Source: a virus (taxonomy: Duplodnaviria; Caudoviricetes). From it: a stretch of 61,913 nucleotides of DNA. Below the pieces are notes generated by a model. It had not been told where the DNA came from. It searched no databases and saw nothing but the letters and a program-made list of their open reading frames with translations. The stretch is from positions 1 through 61,913 of the IMG/VR virus record IMGVR_UViG_3300048587_000154. One strand, 5' to 3'. The position numbers were made by a program, and so were the translations under genes. Shown here in pieces: positions 1-9,008 of this stretch; position 1 is the first letter of the stretch, and each line of letters begins with the position of its first letter.

Positions 1-127
1 CATCAAGGTCTAGCACCTTTGCCTCAAGCGCGTTTTCGCCCATCGCCTCCTTCTTGGCGAGGATGGTGTTGTAGGTCTCGGTCAGCGTGTCGAGGAGGTC
101 TTGCTGTTCGGATGGCGTCAGCAACAT
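1..127. repeat. 127-bp terminal direct repeat, left copy (circular assembly overlap)
   Basis: Bases 1-127 (catcaaggtc...cagcaacat) are identical to 61787-61913. The repeat lies inside one continuous reading frame. Confidence 0.97.
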
Positions 128-3100
128 GATGCGCCCGGTCAAGCGCTGCATCGGGTTCTCTGTCGAGACCGCGCCCTTTTCGTTGAAGGCAACCGGCGTG
201 CCAAGGCGATCGTTCAGTTCGGCGTTGTCGCGCGCCCACTGAACGGCGGCAAGATCGCCATATTCGTTCATGAAATCGACGGCATCGGCGGTGAACGCGC
301 TCTTGCGGCTGGCTGTGGTGTTCGCCGACAAGGAGGCCATCTTCTTCATGAGGACGGCGGTTGGTCGCGCCTCTGCCGGGATATCGGCGGAAAGCTGCGT
401 ATAGGCCGGCGCAATCACCTGTCCGGTACGGTGGATGCGGCCAAGCATCTGCATGTGCGTATCAATGTTTCCGTCCGCCTGGGCGATGACCATGCGGCGG
501 CGCGAGCGATCCTTGTACTTGGATGACGCATGCAGCGAAACGCCAGTCGAGCCGGAGCGGTTGAGGATAACGACATCGAGACCGCCGTCGTTGAACTTCT
601 TGATGGTGACGCGCTTGCCCTCTGCGCCCCGCTCGGCGGAAGGCCGCGACGCCAGCGTGCCGGTCTTGTAGTCGATCATGGTCCCGCGCCCGGTGATCTC
701 GGCGACCTTGTGGCCGTCCTTGGTCAGTTCGTGGCGGATGTAGTCGATCGGGGAGGCAGGCAGGCCAGACAGGTCGGCTTCCTCGATCGCGGTTTGCGCG
801 GCCTCGTAGCCGGCCCGAAACTCGCCTGGCAAATCCGTTATCGGGATGAACACATGATCCTTTTCGTCCTCTCCATCCTTGATGGTGATGCGCAGCGTGC
901 GGTCGAGGTAGCGCTGCACCACATCGGCGAAGGTGATGTTGATCGGATCGCCGATCGATAGGCCCTTGTCCGCCGCATAGTCGGAAATGAACGACTCGTT
1001 GGTGAACGAAAGGGTGATGACCGGCTTCTCACCATCCGCCAGCGCCTGCTTGGCGCGCTCCACGGCGGCCTTGGCCTTGATGGAAAGCAACATCTGGTTG
1101 ATGATGTTGTGCATGATCGAGGCAAATTCGGTCGAGTTCGCCGCTAGTTCACCGATGCCGCTATCCATCCCCATAGCCGCGCCGTTTTCCTTAAGCCACG
1201 CCTCGATCCATTCCTTGCGGAAATCCTTGATGGATCGGTCGAAGTCGAAGATTGTCCGAATGGAGTTGGCGAAGTCGGCATAGGCTTCGTAATTGACCTC
1301 TGCAACGTCTAGGTCGTACTCGACACCCTCGAATGAACGCTCGCGCCTGGCGTACTGTCCAGCATCAGCCAGCATCGACGCCACCACCTGTTGCAGCGGC
1401 ACCTTGCCCTTGGTGATGAGTTCGGGGAGGTCTTTCGGATCATTGACCGCCTTGGCCATGTCGGTACGGCTGTACAGGTCCATGACGGTCGGGTTTTTGG
1501 CGTAGGTGGCAGAGGAATACATGACCGCCTTGGCGACTGAAATCCACTGCCGGAACTTCTGCGCACGCGGAACCGGGGCACCCTTGGCGGCGCGCTGCTT
1601 TTCGCCCTGACCGCCCGCATTGTGCGACTCGTCCATGATGAGGAAGGCGCGCGGGGCGATCTGGTTCATGAAGCGACGGCGCGAGGTCTCCAACCCCTTC
1701 ACCGTGTTCATCTGGTCGTAAGTGGTGAAGATCACATCCGGCTTGATCTTGCCAGACAGGATCGCCAGCATTTGTGCGTCCGCGTCCTTCGGCGATTGGG
1801 ACTTGGTGAATTGGCCGCGCTTCTTGGGGGCTTTAACGCCGTCTACCTTGGCCTGATCGCGCTCGATGAGCCAATCGACCGCCTCATCGTCCAGCGGAAC
1901 GGTGGTGTTTGAGTTGGTCATGAAGATGTACGGATCGCGACCAAGCGCCTTCGGCCACTGGATATCATTCAGGTCGCGGTACATGTCGCCGTAGAGGTCG
2001 GGCTTCTCCGTGACGAATACCGGCACCATGCCGCGCTTGTGGGCGAAGCGAATGGCAGCCGCGACGACACGGCCCTTACCGATGCCGGTCTGGTCTCCGA
2101 TGATGAAGGCGTCGCCCTTGGCAACGTTGTCGATCGCCAGCGCGATTGCGTCTATCTGCTCGGCGCTGAACACGTCCTCAAGCTCGGACGTGTCGTAGCC
2201 AAGGCTCTGCGCAACGAAGGCGTCGATGTCGCCGTGGGTCTGCTCGATCTTCGCCAGCGAAGCATCCATCGCCGCGCCAAGGGCGGCGGGAACAAGCGTG
2301 TTGAGCGACTGGCCTTCGCGCGAATAGGGCCGGTACGGCACTTGCCCGGTCGCGTTGGCCTCGCTGGTTACTCTAGCGTCTCGCGGCTTGGCATCAACGC
2401 GCTCACCAGTTCCTCCGGTGTCGTCGCGCCCTGCCAGGCCGCTTCGTCCCTGATCGCCATCCACCAATCCGTCAGGGCTTCGTTGTCCCCGATCATCTGG
2501 AAGGCTGCTTGGCGCGGGCTGGCGTCCGCCGACGGGCGCTGCATCAACAGGCCCTCGGCTTCCATCCTGTCCGCTGCGTCCGCTATCTCCTGCGGGGCGT
2601 TCTTCGACTGCTCCAACAGGGTTCTGAATTTCGCCTCGACCTTCGATAGAAACCGGCTCTCCTCGGTCTGCGGCACTTTCTGAACTACGGCTGCCATCGA
2701 GATATCCTTTCAGCGATGCCCATGAATTAATGTAGGCAGGAACGCGGGCTGCGGGAAGGGGTAGGCTTGATTTGCCCTTTCCGTCGATCACGATCACGTC
2801 AACCGGCCATGCCGCGCCTTGGCGCTGGTACATCTGACCGGACACGGTGAAGTGCTCGATCACGTTGTAGCTGTCGTAGAGGCGCTTGTAGAACTTGCGC
2901 TTTTGCGAGGTGTTGTAGTTGTCGCTGCGCTCGGCCTCTGTGCCATCCTTGACGCTGCCAACGATGAATACGGCTCGACCGTCTGGCGTCATGCCTTCCA
3001 GCGCCTTGAGCACGATCGCCTGATCTATCGCGGTGGTGCGGTGCTGGCCGACCTCGAACACGATCGACTCGCCATTCTTGCGCACGGCACCAAAAGGCGG

Positions 3101-6100
3101 GTTGCCAACGATGCGGTCGGCTCCGTGCGGGGTCTCCATGTCCAGCGCGTCGTTGTCGGTCACGCGGAAGCCCTGATTGCGCAAGGCTGCGGAGCGATCC
3201 TTGTTCAGTTCGTTGGCGTGAACCTGTTGGGTTTCGGGATCGGTGTCGATCAAGAGCGCGCCGTTGCCGGCTGTCGGCTCGTAGATGATCTTACCGCCTG
3301 CGACGTTCGCCAGGCGATCGACCACGTAGGCGAGCGGCATCGGCGTCGAATAGGCCTGCTCTGCGACGCTCTGCGATGTGCGGGTGGCAAGGCGCGGCTG
3401 GCGCTCGTAGAGGCTCACCAAGCGATCGTAGACCACTTCGCTACCGCGCTTCTTGCCGGCCTTGATGATGTCACGGGCAGCCAGCACAACGGCCTGCTCT
3501 ATGACCTCCTCGGCCTCCTTGTTGGCAATCTCCTCCTGCTTGGCCTTCCAGCCGTGATCCGCCAGCCACCTACGGGCCTGATTGATGGTCTCGAAGCGCG
3601 TATCAGGCGAAAGCAGATGGTCGCGAAGTTCTTCGACCACGGAAGCGGGCGTGTTAATTTTTTCGACCTCTTTTGCGGGCGTATTTTTTACCGGCTCGAC
3701 TGGCTTGGCCTCATCCGCGACCAGATAATCCTTGCTGCGGCCTTCCTTGTTGATCTGGATGCCGCCGCCCGGCACAAAGCCAACCGCTTCGGTCACACGC
3801 ACGTTGTTTTCCGTGTAGGACCGAACGCCCTTGTCATCCTCCCACACGGTGTTGCCGCGCGCATTGACGCCGATCTTGGTCCAGCGCCCGCTTTTCGTTG
3901 CCGGCGTCTCTGCCTTCGGCTCCGGTCTGGCCTTCTCGGCTGCGGCCTCGAAGGCGGCATCGGTGTATTCGTGCCCGCCCAACTCCGGCGTCTTTTCCTT
4001 GCCCAAATCGGCATGCAAGCGCGCCGCCTCCTTGGGCGATGTCATGCCGGTCGCATCGAGGCCGGGATAGTTGCGCGCGCCCTCCCAAAAACTCAACAGG
4101 TAGGGATGAATGGCCTTGCCGAAGTCGGCGGTCATAGCCTTGGCGAAATCGGCAAAACTTTTGACGCCAGACTCGATGTAAGCGCCGGCGATGGTCATGC
4201 CATCGACCAGCATTTCCGGGTCGATGCCGCTGTTGAGTTGCGACAGTTTCGAGCGAAGTCGGGCGCGGGCGGCTTCAACCTTGTCGGTGGTGAATATCTT
4301 GTTGCCGGCGAAACGATCGGTTGGCTTCTCCGTGGACTTGGCCTTCACCTGATTGTGCAGGTCCATGAGGTCGGTCTGCCTGGCATCGTCGCCGAACAGC
4401 CCGCCAACGTCCTTTTGCGGCTTGGCGGCCTTGAGCGGGGCATCGGCCTTGCGCTGGGCCATGGTAGCGTCGGAGGCGCGCTCTGCGCCGGGAATGACCG
4501 TCTGCGGCTTACCGTCGGCTCCGGCCTCGGTTTCCGGCTTACGGGCACGCAGCTTCAACAGCGCCAGGCGGGCAGTGCGCTTGTCGAAGGCCATGCCGTC
4601 AACAACGACGCCATCCTTGGAAGTCTGAATGCGGCGCTCGATGGTGGCGATCGCCGCATCGGCATTGCCGTTTTCACCAGCGAGCATGCGCTCGGCCATG
4701 ATTTCGGCCTCGGCGTTGTCGGCGCGCGGGGCTGGCTCGCTGCGGAGCGCGGCTAGTTCTTCGTCGGAGGCGAACGTGTCGCGTGCGCCGCCTTCTGTGC
4801 CCGTTCGAGCGCTTCCGCCGTCTGTTTCTTGGCCTGCACCTTGCGGCCCGCTCTCGCGGCCATCCGGTGCTTGTGCGCGGAAGTCTTGGCGATCTGCTTG
4901 CGCTTCGGATCGGTCGCTGCCTTGGCTTCCTGCTCGCGCTGCCGCGCCGTCCGCAAGTGCTGCTCCGGGGTGTACTTCATCGGACCCTACCTCATCGAAG
5001 AATGGAATAACCGGCGTTGCCTCGGCTTCGGGCTGCGGGTTGTCTGCGTCATAGCCCATCGCATCACGTTCAAGCGCATCGTCCACGCTCATCCCCCCAG
5101 TCATCAGGTCGATGACTTCTGCCATGCCAGCGGCATCGGGATCAATGCCCAATTCACGCAATTCAGCCATCGCGCGTTCGCGGGCGTTGACATGCTGACG
5201 TTCATCGGTGGCGCGGCTCTGATCTTCCCGCCAAGCCTGCGCCCAATCGTCGTCGTTGCGAGAGAACTGGTCGCGGCTGCCAATGTCGGTCGCAAGCGAT
5301 ACCAGCATGTCATCAATGGTCGAGGTGGAAAGCTCGCCATCCTCCGAGTCCTGCAAATAGCCGTTCTCGACCAGAAGCGCGCGGGCCTGATCGAGCGATC
5401 GGCCATTGGCGCGCACCAACTTGCCTACGCCTGGCACAAACACCTTGTCAGCGTCCATGTTGGCAAGCTCGCCCTTGTGATCGCGAACACCACCGCTGGC
5501 CGCAAGAAACTCGACCATCGACTGCGGGCGCTTCACACGGCCCTGTGCGTCTGCCGGCCAGCCTTCTTGCGTGGTTTTGACCTTGCCCATCGCATAGGGC
5601 GTGCGATGCGCCTTTGGCGTGGCGATCCAGTCGCGGAAGGCCTTCGGGGAAACCGACGTGATCGCGCCCACACGCTGGTTTCCCGATCCATCGGAGAACG
5701 CCTTGACGTACAGGTCGCGGGCCTGCGCGATGCTGTCTGCGCCAAGAATGACCTTATGCTCATCGAAGCGCCCGTTTTGCGTCGGCGCACGCTGGTCAAC
5801 GATGTAGATTTTCTTCGATTTCGGGTTGTCGCCCACGTACACATCGACGTGATCGCCGTCCGCGCCCGTGGTTTTCTTGATATACCCGTAATGCGCCGGA
5901 AGGACGGACTCCCATGCCGGCCCGTCGGGGTTCTTGTTGCGGCGCGTCGATCCCTTTGGGTTCTCGATCGTGATGTCTTGCCCGGCGATGCGAACATGCG
6001 CCTTCTTGTAGTTCCCAGCCTGCGCCTGTGCGTCCGACGGCTCGGCAACGCGCTGTCCAGCCGCTTCGAGGTCTTGCGAGGTCTCGATCGATGCCGGGCG

Positions 6101-7696
6101 CGCACGCGATGCGTCGGTCTCAAGCCCGCGTGCAGATGAGAGCGCGGCAGGCTGGGCTTCTTCCGGCTGCTGAATGACGGTCGGAGCCTCAAGGGCGGGT
6201 TCCTGCGCAACAGGCTGGGCTTCCGGTGCAACGGGTGCCGGTTCTTGTGCAACACCGTACTGCGCGGCGATGGCAATCTCGTCTGGCGTGGCTGGGTCGA
6301 TCGCCTGGCTCACCTCTGCGGCGGCTTCTTCCGGTGACATCGAGTCGATATCGGCGTCGGTCCACAGCATCTTGCGAAGCGTGGCACGGACTTCCGGGGG
6401 GACGCTGGTCGAGGGTGTGGCCGGAGGTGGCATGGAAGGCGCAATGGGCACTGCCGCCTCCTGCTCCACCTCCGGCGCGGCGGGAGCGGCGGCTTCTGGC
6501 GATCCGCGCTCAACCGCATCCGGCTCGGTCGAGGTCTCCAATGGCGCTCGCGCGTAACGCTCGGCAGGGTGCGTCACCACCTGCTGATTGTTAGCGTCCG
6601 CCGCACCGCCCTCGCCCTTGCCGAATATCGCGCGTCCGGTCTTGGACACGACTTGCTCGCCCACCTTCAAGCCACCGCCGACGATGCCGCCGATTGCAGC
6701 CGACTCGGCCACGCCATCCATGATGTCTTGATCGGGCTTGTAGACGTAGCGCGCAATGAGGTTCTGCGCCGCCTGCTGAACGGCTTCCTGACCGCCTTCG
6801 GCTGCCGCCTGTGCAAGCACCTTCCCGACGGCTCCGGCCAACTTGCCGGCGAACGGCAGCGGCACGCGCTCGAACAGCGTTTCGATCGGGATTTGCTCTG
6901 TGAGACCGGGATATCGGCCCAACCTGGCCGCTTGGATGATCTGCTCTTGCGTCGCGCCCTTGGAGATAGCGTCATCGATCTGCTGACCGCCCGTCGCCAG
7001 TGAGCCGCCGACAACGCCGGCAACCGGGCCAAGGCCGGGCACCGCGCCAGCCGCCATGAATGGAACGGTCGAGCCAAGCCCTTCCGAGATCGACCGCGAC
7101 CAAGTGTTCTCATAGTCCTCGGCTGCCGGGAAGTTCTCGGCGGCATAGTCCTGCATCGCCTGCCCTGCTTTGAACAGGGATGTGTCCTGAATTTTCTCCT
7201 CCGGCATGATGTCGGCGTTTTCGCCGAGTCCTGCCAGCGCCTTCACGCCACCATCGACCGTGAGCGTTCCGTTTCGCACCTGCGAAGCGACGGCCAGAAG
7301 AACGATTTCCTTCAAGCCGCGAATGCCCTTGTTGGCCTTGCGCTGCCAGTCCACCCATTCCGTGTTCGTCATGAGCGGGATGCGCTCGAAGTCGGTTACC
7401 AAGCTCTTGACGGCTTCGCGCTCTGCCGGCGAATTGGCCTGTTCCGGGGCAAGACCCTTGACCATGGAGCCGATGGCGTTGATCGCTCCGGCTGCGATGC
7501 CCTTGCCAACTTCGGGGAAGAACGATCCGCCTTCCTCCTCGGCGATCGGCTGGGCCGGCTTTACGCTCGGCGCGGCGTATTTCGCCCATGGGCCTGCGGC
7601 CTTTGCGCCGGGCGTCGGCGACGGGCTGGGCGTAACTGCATCGACCGTAGGGGCTGCATACTTCTCCCACGGGCCACGGATCGCGTTTTCAGCCAT
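1..7696 (-). CDS. Giant DarB-like polyvalent protein, N-terminal part (continues across the junction to 56316; 4,388 aa total): InPase domain, N6-adenine methyltransferase, strawberry-notch/SF2 helicase
   Basis: Translated by hand from ATG 7696 (MAENAIRGPWEKY, abutting the upstream TAA) with no stop to the junction. InPase motifs AGNYKK..IENPKGS..HYGYI..DGDHVDVY..FDEHKV (~5590-6040). MTase motifs QAYSTP, YEPTAGNG, NPPF (~2760-3360). Helicase motifs GDQTGIGKGR, DESH, SAT, QMLGRIHRTGQ (~420-2100). Absent from the ORF track because it runs off the window edge. Confidence 0.93.
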   Translation of the reverse strand, partial: MAENAIRGPWEKYAAPTVDAVTPSPSPTPGAKAAGPWAKYAAPSVKPAQPIAEEEGGSFFPEVGKGIAAGAINAIGSMVKGLAPEQANSPAEREAVKSLVTDFERIPLMTNTEWVDWQRKANKGIRGLKEIVLLAVASQVRNGTLTVDGGVKALAGLGENADIMPEEKIQDTSLFKAGQAMQDYAAENFPAAEDYENTWSRSISEGLGSTVPFMAAGAVPGLGPVAGVVGGSLATGGQQIDDAISKGATQEQIIQAARLGRYPGLTEQIPIETLFERVPLPFAGKLAGAVGKVLAQAAAEGGQEAVQQAAQNLIARYVYKPDQDIMDGVAESAAIGGIVGGGLKVGEQVVSKTGRAIFGKGEGGAADANNQQVVTHPAERYARAPLETSTEPDAVERGSPEAAAPAAPEVEQEAAVPIAPSMPPPATPSTSVPPEVRATLRKMLWTDADIDSMSPEEAAAEVSQAIDPATPDEIAIAAQYGVAQEPAPVAPEAQPVAQEPALEAPTVIQQPEEAQPAALSSARGLETDASRARPASIETSQDLEAAGQRVAEPSDAQAQAGNYKKAHVRIAGQDITIENPKGSTRRNKNPDGPAWESVLPAHYGYIKKTTGADGDHVDVYVGDNPKSKKIYIVDQRAPTQNGRFDEHKVILGADSIAQARDLYVKAFSDGSGNQRVGAITSVSPKAFRDWIATPKAHRTPYAMGKVKTTQEGWPADAQGRVKRPQSMVEFLAASGGVRDHKGELANMDADKVFVPGVGKLVRANGRSLDQARALLVENGYLQDSEDGELSTSTIDDMLVSLATDIGSRDQFSRNDDDWAQAWREDQSRATDERQHVNARERAMAELRELGIDPDAAGMAEVIDLMTGGMSVDDALERDAMGYDADNPQPEAEATPVIPFFDEVGSDEVHPGAALADGAAARAGSQGSDRSEAQADRQDFRAQAPDGRESGPQGAGQETDGGSARTGTEGGARDTFASDEELAALRSEPAPRADNAEAEIMAERMLAGENGNADAAIATIERRIQTSKDGVVVDGMAFDKRTARLALLKLRARKPETEAGADGKPQTVIPGAERASDATMAQRKADAPLKAAKPQKDVGGLFGDDARQTDLMDLHNQVKAKSTEKPTDRFAGNKIFTTDKVEAARARLRSKLSQLNSGIDPEMLVDGMTIAGAYIESGVKSFADFAKAMTADFGKAIHPYLLSFWEGARNYPGLDATGMTSPKEAARLHADLGKEKTPELGGHEYTDAAFEAAAEKARPEPKAETPATKSGRWTKIGVNARGNTVWEDDKGVRSYTENNVRVTEAVGFVPGGGIQINKEGRSKDYLVADEAKPVEPVKNTPAKEVEKINTPASVVEELRDHLLSPDTRFETINQARRWLADHGWKAKQEEIANKEAEEVIEQAVVLAARDIIKAGKKRGSEVVYDRLVSLYERQPRLATRTSQSVAEQAYSTPMPLAYVVDRLANVAGGKIIYEPTAGNGALLIDTDPETQQVHANELNKDRSAALRNQGFRVTDNDALDMETPHGADRIVGNPPFGAVRKNGESIVFEVGQHRTTAIDQAIVLKALEGMTPDGRAVFIVGSVKDGTEAERSDNYNTSQKRKFYKRLYDSYNVIEHFTVSGQMYQRQGAAWPVDVIVIDGKGKSSLPLPAARVPAYINSWASLKGYLDGSRSSESAADRGEPVSIEGRGEIQNPVGAVEERPAGDSGRSGQDGSRGPVDAAPVGGRQPAPSSLPDDRGQRSPDGLVDGDQGRSGLAGRDDTGGTGERVDAKPRDARVTSEANATGQVPYRPYSREGQSLNTLVPAALGAAMDASLAKIEQTHGDIDAFVAQSLGYDTSELEDVFSAEQIDAIALAIDNVAKGDAFIIGDQTGIGKGRVVAAAIRFAHKRGMVPVFVTEKPDLYGDMYRDLNDIQWPKALGRDPYIFMTNSNTTVPLDDEAVDWLIERDQAKVDGVKAPKKRGQFTKSQSPKDADAQMLAILSGKIKPDVIFTTYDQMNTVKGLETSRRRFMNQIAPRAFLIMDESHNAGGQGEKQRAAKGAPVPRAQKFRQWISVAKAVMYSSATYAKNPTVMDLYSRTDMAKAVNDPKDLPELITKGKVPLQQVVASMLADAGQYARRERSFEGVEYDLDVAEVNYEAYADFANSIRTIFDFDRSIKDFRKEWIEAWLKENGAAMGMDSGIGELAANSTEFASIMHNIINQMLLSIKAKAAVERAKQALADGEKPVITLSFTNESFISDYAADKGLSIGDPINITFADVVQRYLDRTLRITIKDGEDEKDHVFIPITDLPGEFRAGYEAAQTAIEEADLSGLPASPIDYIRHELTKDGHKVAEITGRGTMIDYKTGTLASRPSAERGAEGKRVTIKKFNDGGLDVVILNRSGSTGVSLHASSKYKDRSRRRMVIAQADGNIDTHMQMLGRIHRTGQVIAPAYTQLSADIPAEARPTAVLMKKMASLSANTTASRKSAFTADAVDFMNEYGDLAAVQWARDNAELNDRLGTPVAFNEKGAVSTENPMQRLTGRIMLLTPSEQQDLLDTLTETYNTILAKKEAMGENALEAKVLDLD
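2368..2697 (-). CDS. 109-aa protein overprinted in an alternative frame inside the giant gene
   Basis: AAAGGA Shine-Dalgarno 7 nt before the ATG, G/C-ending codons and globular-looking sequence. The host frame here is a low-complexity linker between MTase and helicase. Confidence 0.7.
   Translation of the reverse strand: MAAVVQKVPQTEESRFLSKVEAKFRTLLEQSKNAPQEIADAADRMEAEGLLMQRPSADASPRQAAFQMIGDNEALTDWWMAIRDEAAWQGATTPEELVSALMPSRETLE
4753..4980 (-). CDS. 75-aa basic helical protein overprinted inside the giant gene
   Basis: GAGGT SD 8 nt before the ATG and strongly G/C-ending codons. The host frame is open but linker-like. Confidence 0.6.
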   Translation of the reverse strand: MKYTPEQHLRTARQREQEAKAATDPKRKQIAKTSAHKHRMAARAGRKVQAKKQTAEALERAQKAAHATRSPPTKN

Positions 7697-8581
7697 TTAC
7701 TTTTCCAGCGTCCAGTTGTTCGGGTCTGCGGGATCGCCGCCGTTGAAGCGGTATCCATCTTCTACCGTGCCGGCAGCCGGTGCGGATAGACCACCGCCTG
7801 TGGATAGGCCGGCTTGCCCGCCGCCCGTCACCTGCTTGGTCAGGCGCTCGCGGGTCTCATCAATCACCTTTTTGCGCTCATCCGGCGAATAGATGTTTTC
7901 TGCCGCCGCCTGCGCGATGCGCTCGATTTCGAGTTGCTGCGAGACTGATATGCCGTTCGTCTTGGCGAGGTTTTTGATTTCCATGGCCGTTTTCTGGTTG
8001 GAAAGCTCGGCGGAACGGTTAAGCCGCGACTCGGATGCGCGCCGCAACTCCATTTCCTGCGCGTCTTTTTCGTCGGCGCGCTTCATCTTCAAGGCGTCTT
8101 GGCTGCGGTCGTAGTTCACCTTCTCGGCGTCGGCTGCGGCCTTTGCCTCGGCCTGTTCCTTGGCGTCGTAATAGCCGCTCGCGCCGCCAAAGCCGCTCCC
8201 GAAGGCGAGGAAGGGATCGCCGCGCCCCGTCCTGATGTTGGCCGCGCCTGCACCGAAGGCGCGCACCATCGAGCGAAGATCGCGACCGCCAAACAATTGC
8301 GAGAGAGGATCGACCGGCGCTGCGCTTTGCGGGATGGCCGGCTCCTGCGCAACCGGAACGGCTGGTTCTTCCTGCGGCATGGCTGCGGGTGCGAATGATC
8401 CGCCTGGCAGTTGAGCCATGGGGCGATCGGGCGGGATCGGGCCAACCATAGGCAGCCTTATTTGCGGCATCGGCGGACCCTGTACCGGGCGTGGGGCTGC
8501 GGATGGCGTCTGCGCGGCGGCTGGGGAGCCTCCAAGCAACTGCATGAGCGTGTCTACGATCGAGGTGTTGGCGATGGGCAT
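7697..8581 (-). CDS. Putative internal virion (ejection) protein
   Basis: Pro/Ala-rich N-terminus, coiled coil, C-terminal GYRFNGGDPADPNNW. Lies between tail genes and the giant gene. Confidence 0.65.
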   Translation of the reverse strand: MPIANTSIVDTLMQLLGGSPAAAQTPSAAPRPVQGPPMPQIRLPMVGPIPPDRPMAQLPGGSFAPAAMPQEEPAVPVAQEPAIPQSAAPVDPLSQLFGGRDLRSMVRAFGAGAANIRTGRGDPFLAFGSGFGGASGYYDAKEQAEAKAAADAEKVNYDRSQDALKMKRADEKDAQEMELRRASESRLNRSAELSNQKTAMEIKNLAKTNGISVSQQLEIERIAQAAAENIYSPDERKKVIDETRERLTKQVTGGGQAGLSTGGGLSAPAAGTVEDGYRFNGGDPADPNNWTLEK

Positions 8582-8584
8582 TGG

Positions 8585-8995
8585 TTACCTCCCCGCCCCT
8601 TCGCGGCCCGGATTACGGATATTCGGAGCCTGATAACCCGGCCTCGTCGGCGTGACCGGCGCTGGCGTGACTGGTGTCGTGGGCGTTACCGGCGCTTCCG
8701 GCAGGGAGGTGACGCCAAGAAGCTGCTGGACAGGATCAGCGGTCGGTGCTTTGGGCTGATACCAGTACGGGGTTCCAGCGTTCGCCCCAAGGCTTGCCAT
8801 GCCAGATGTCGGCAGGAGACCGCCCTGCTGTGTGTTCATCCCCAAGTTCTGGCGCATGGCGTTCGAATAGCCCATCGGGCCATTGGTGATGATGTGCTGG
8901 ATGAGCTTGGCGAAGGCGTCGCCGCTGACCGGGTTGCTCGCCTTCCCGTCCTTCACGTCCGACCCCATGAGGGAGTTGAGAGCGTCGAGTGCCAT
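8585..8995 (-). CDS. Putative virion protein (136 aa)
   Basis: GGAGG RBS, tightly packed in the structural operon. Confidence 0.65.
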   Translation of the reverse strand: MALDALNSLMGSDVKDGKASNPVSGDAFAKLIQHIITNGPMGYSNAMRQNLGMNTQQGGLLPTSGMASLGANAGTPYWYQPKAPTADPVQQLLGVTSLPEAPVTPTTPVTPAPVTPTRPGYQAPNIRNPGREGAGR

Positions 8996-9008
8996 GGGTT
9001 ACCCCTCC

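Noticed and set aside
1-127. Terminal repeat as a biological direct terminal repeat
   Set aside because: It is exactly 127 bp, a common assembler k-mer size, and falls mid-gene. It indicates a circular assembly, not physical genome ends.
2819-6139. Long + strand ORFs (645 aa, 436 aa) and similar antisense ORFs elsewhere
   Set aside because: They are codon-register shadows of real minus-strand genes in GC-rich DNA, with no RBS or motifs.
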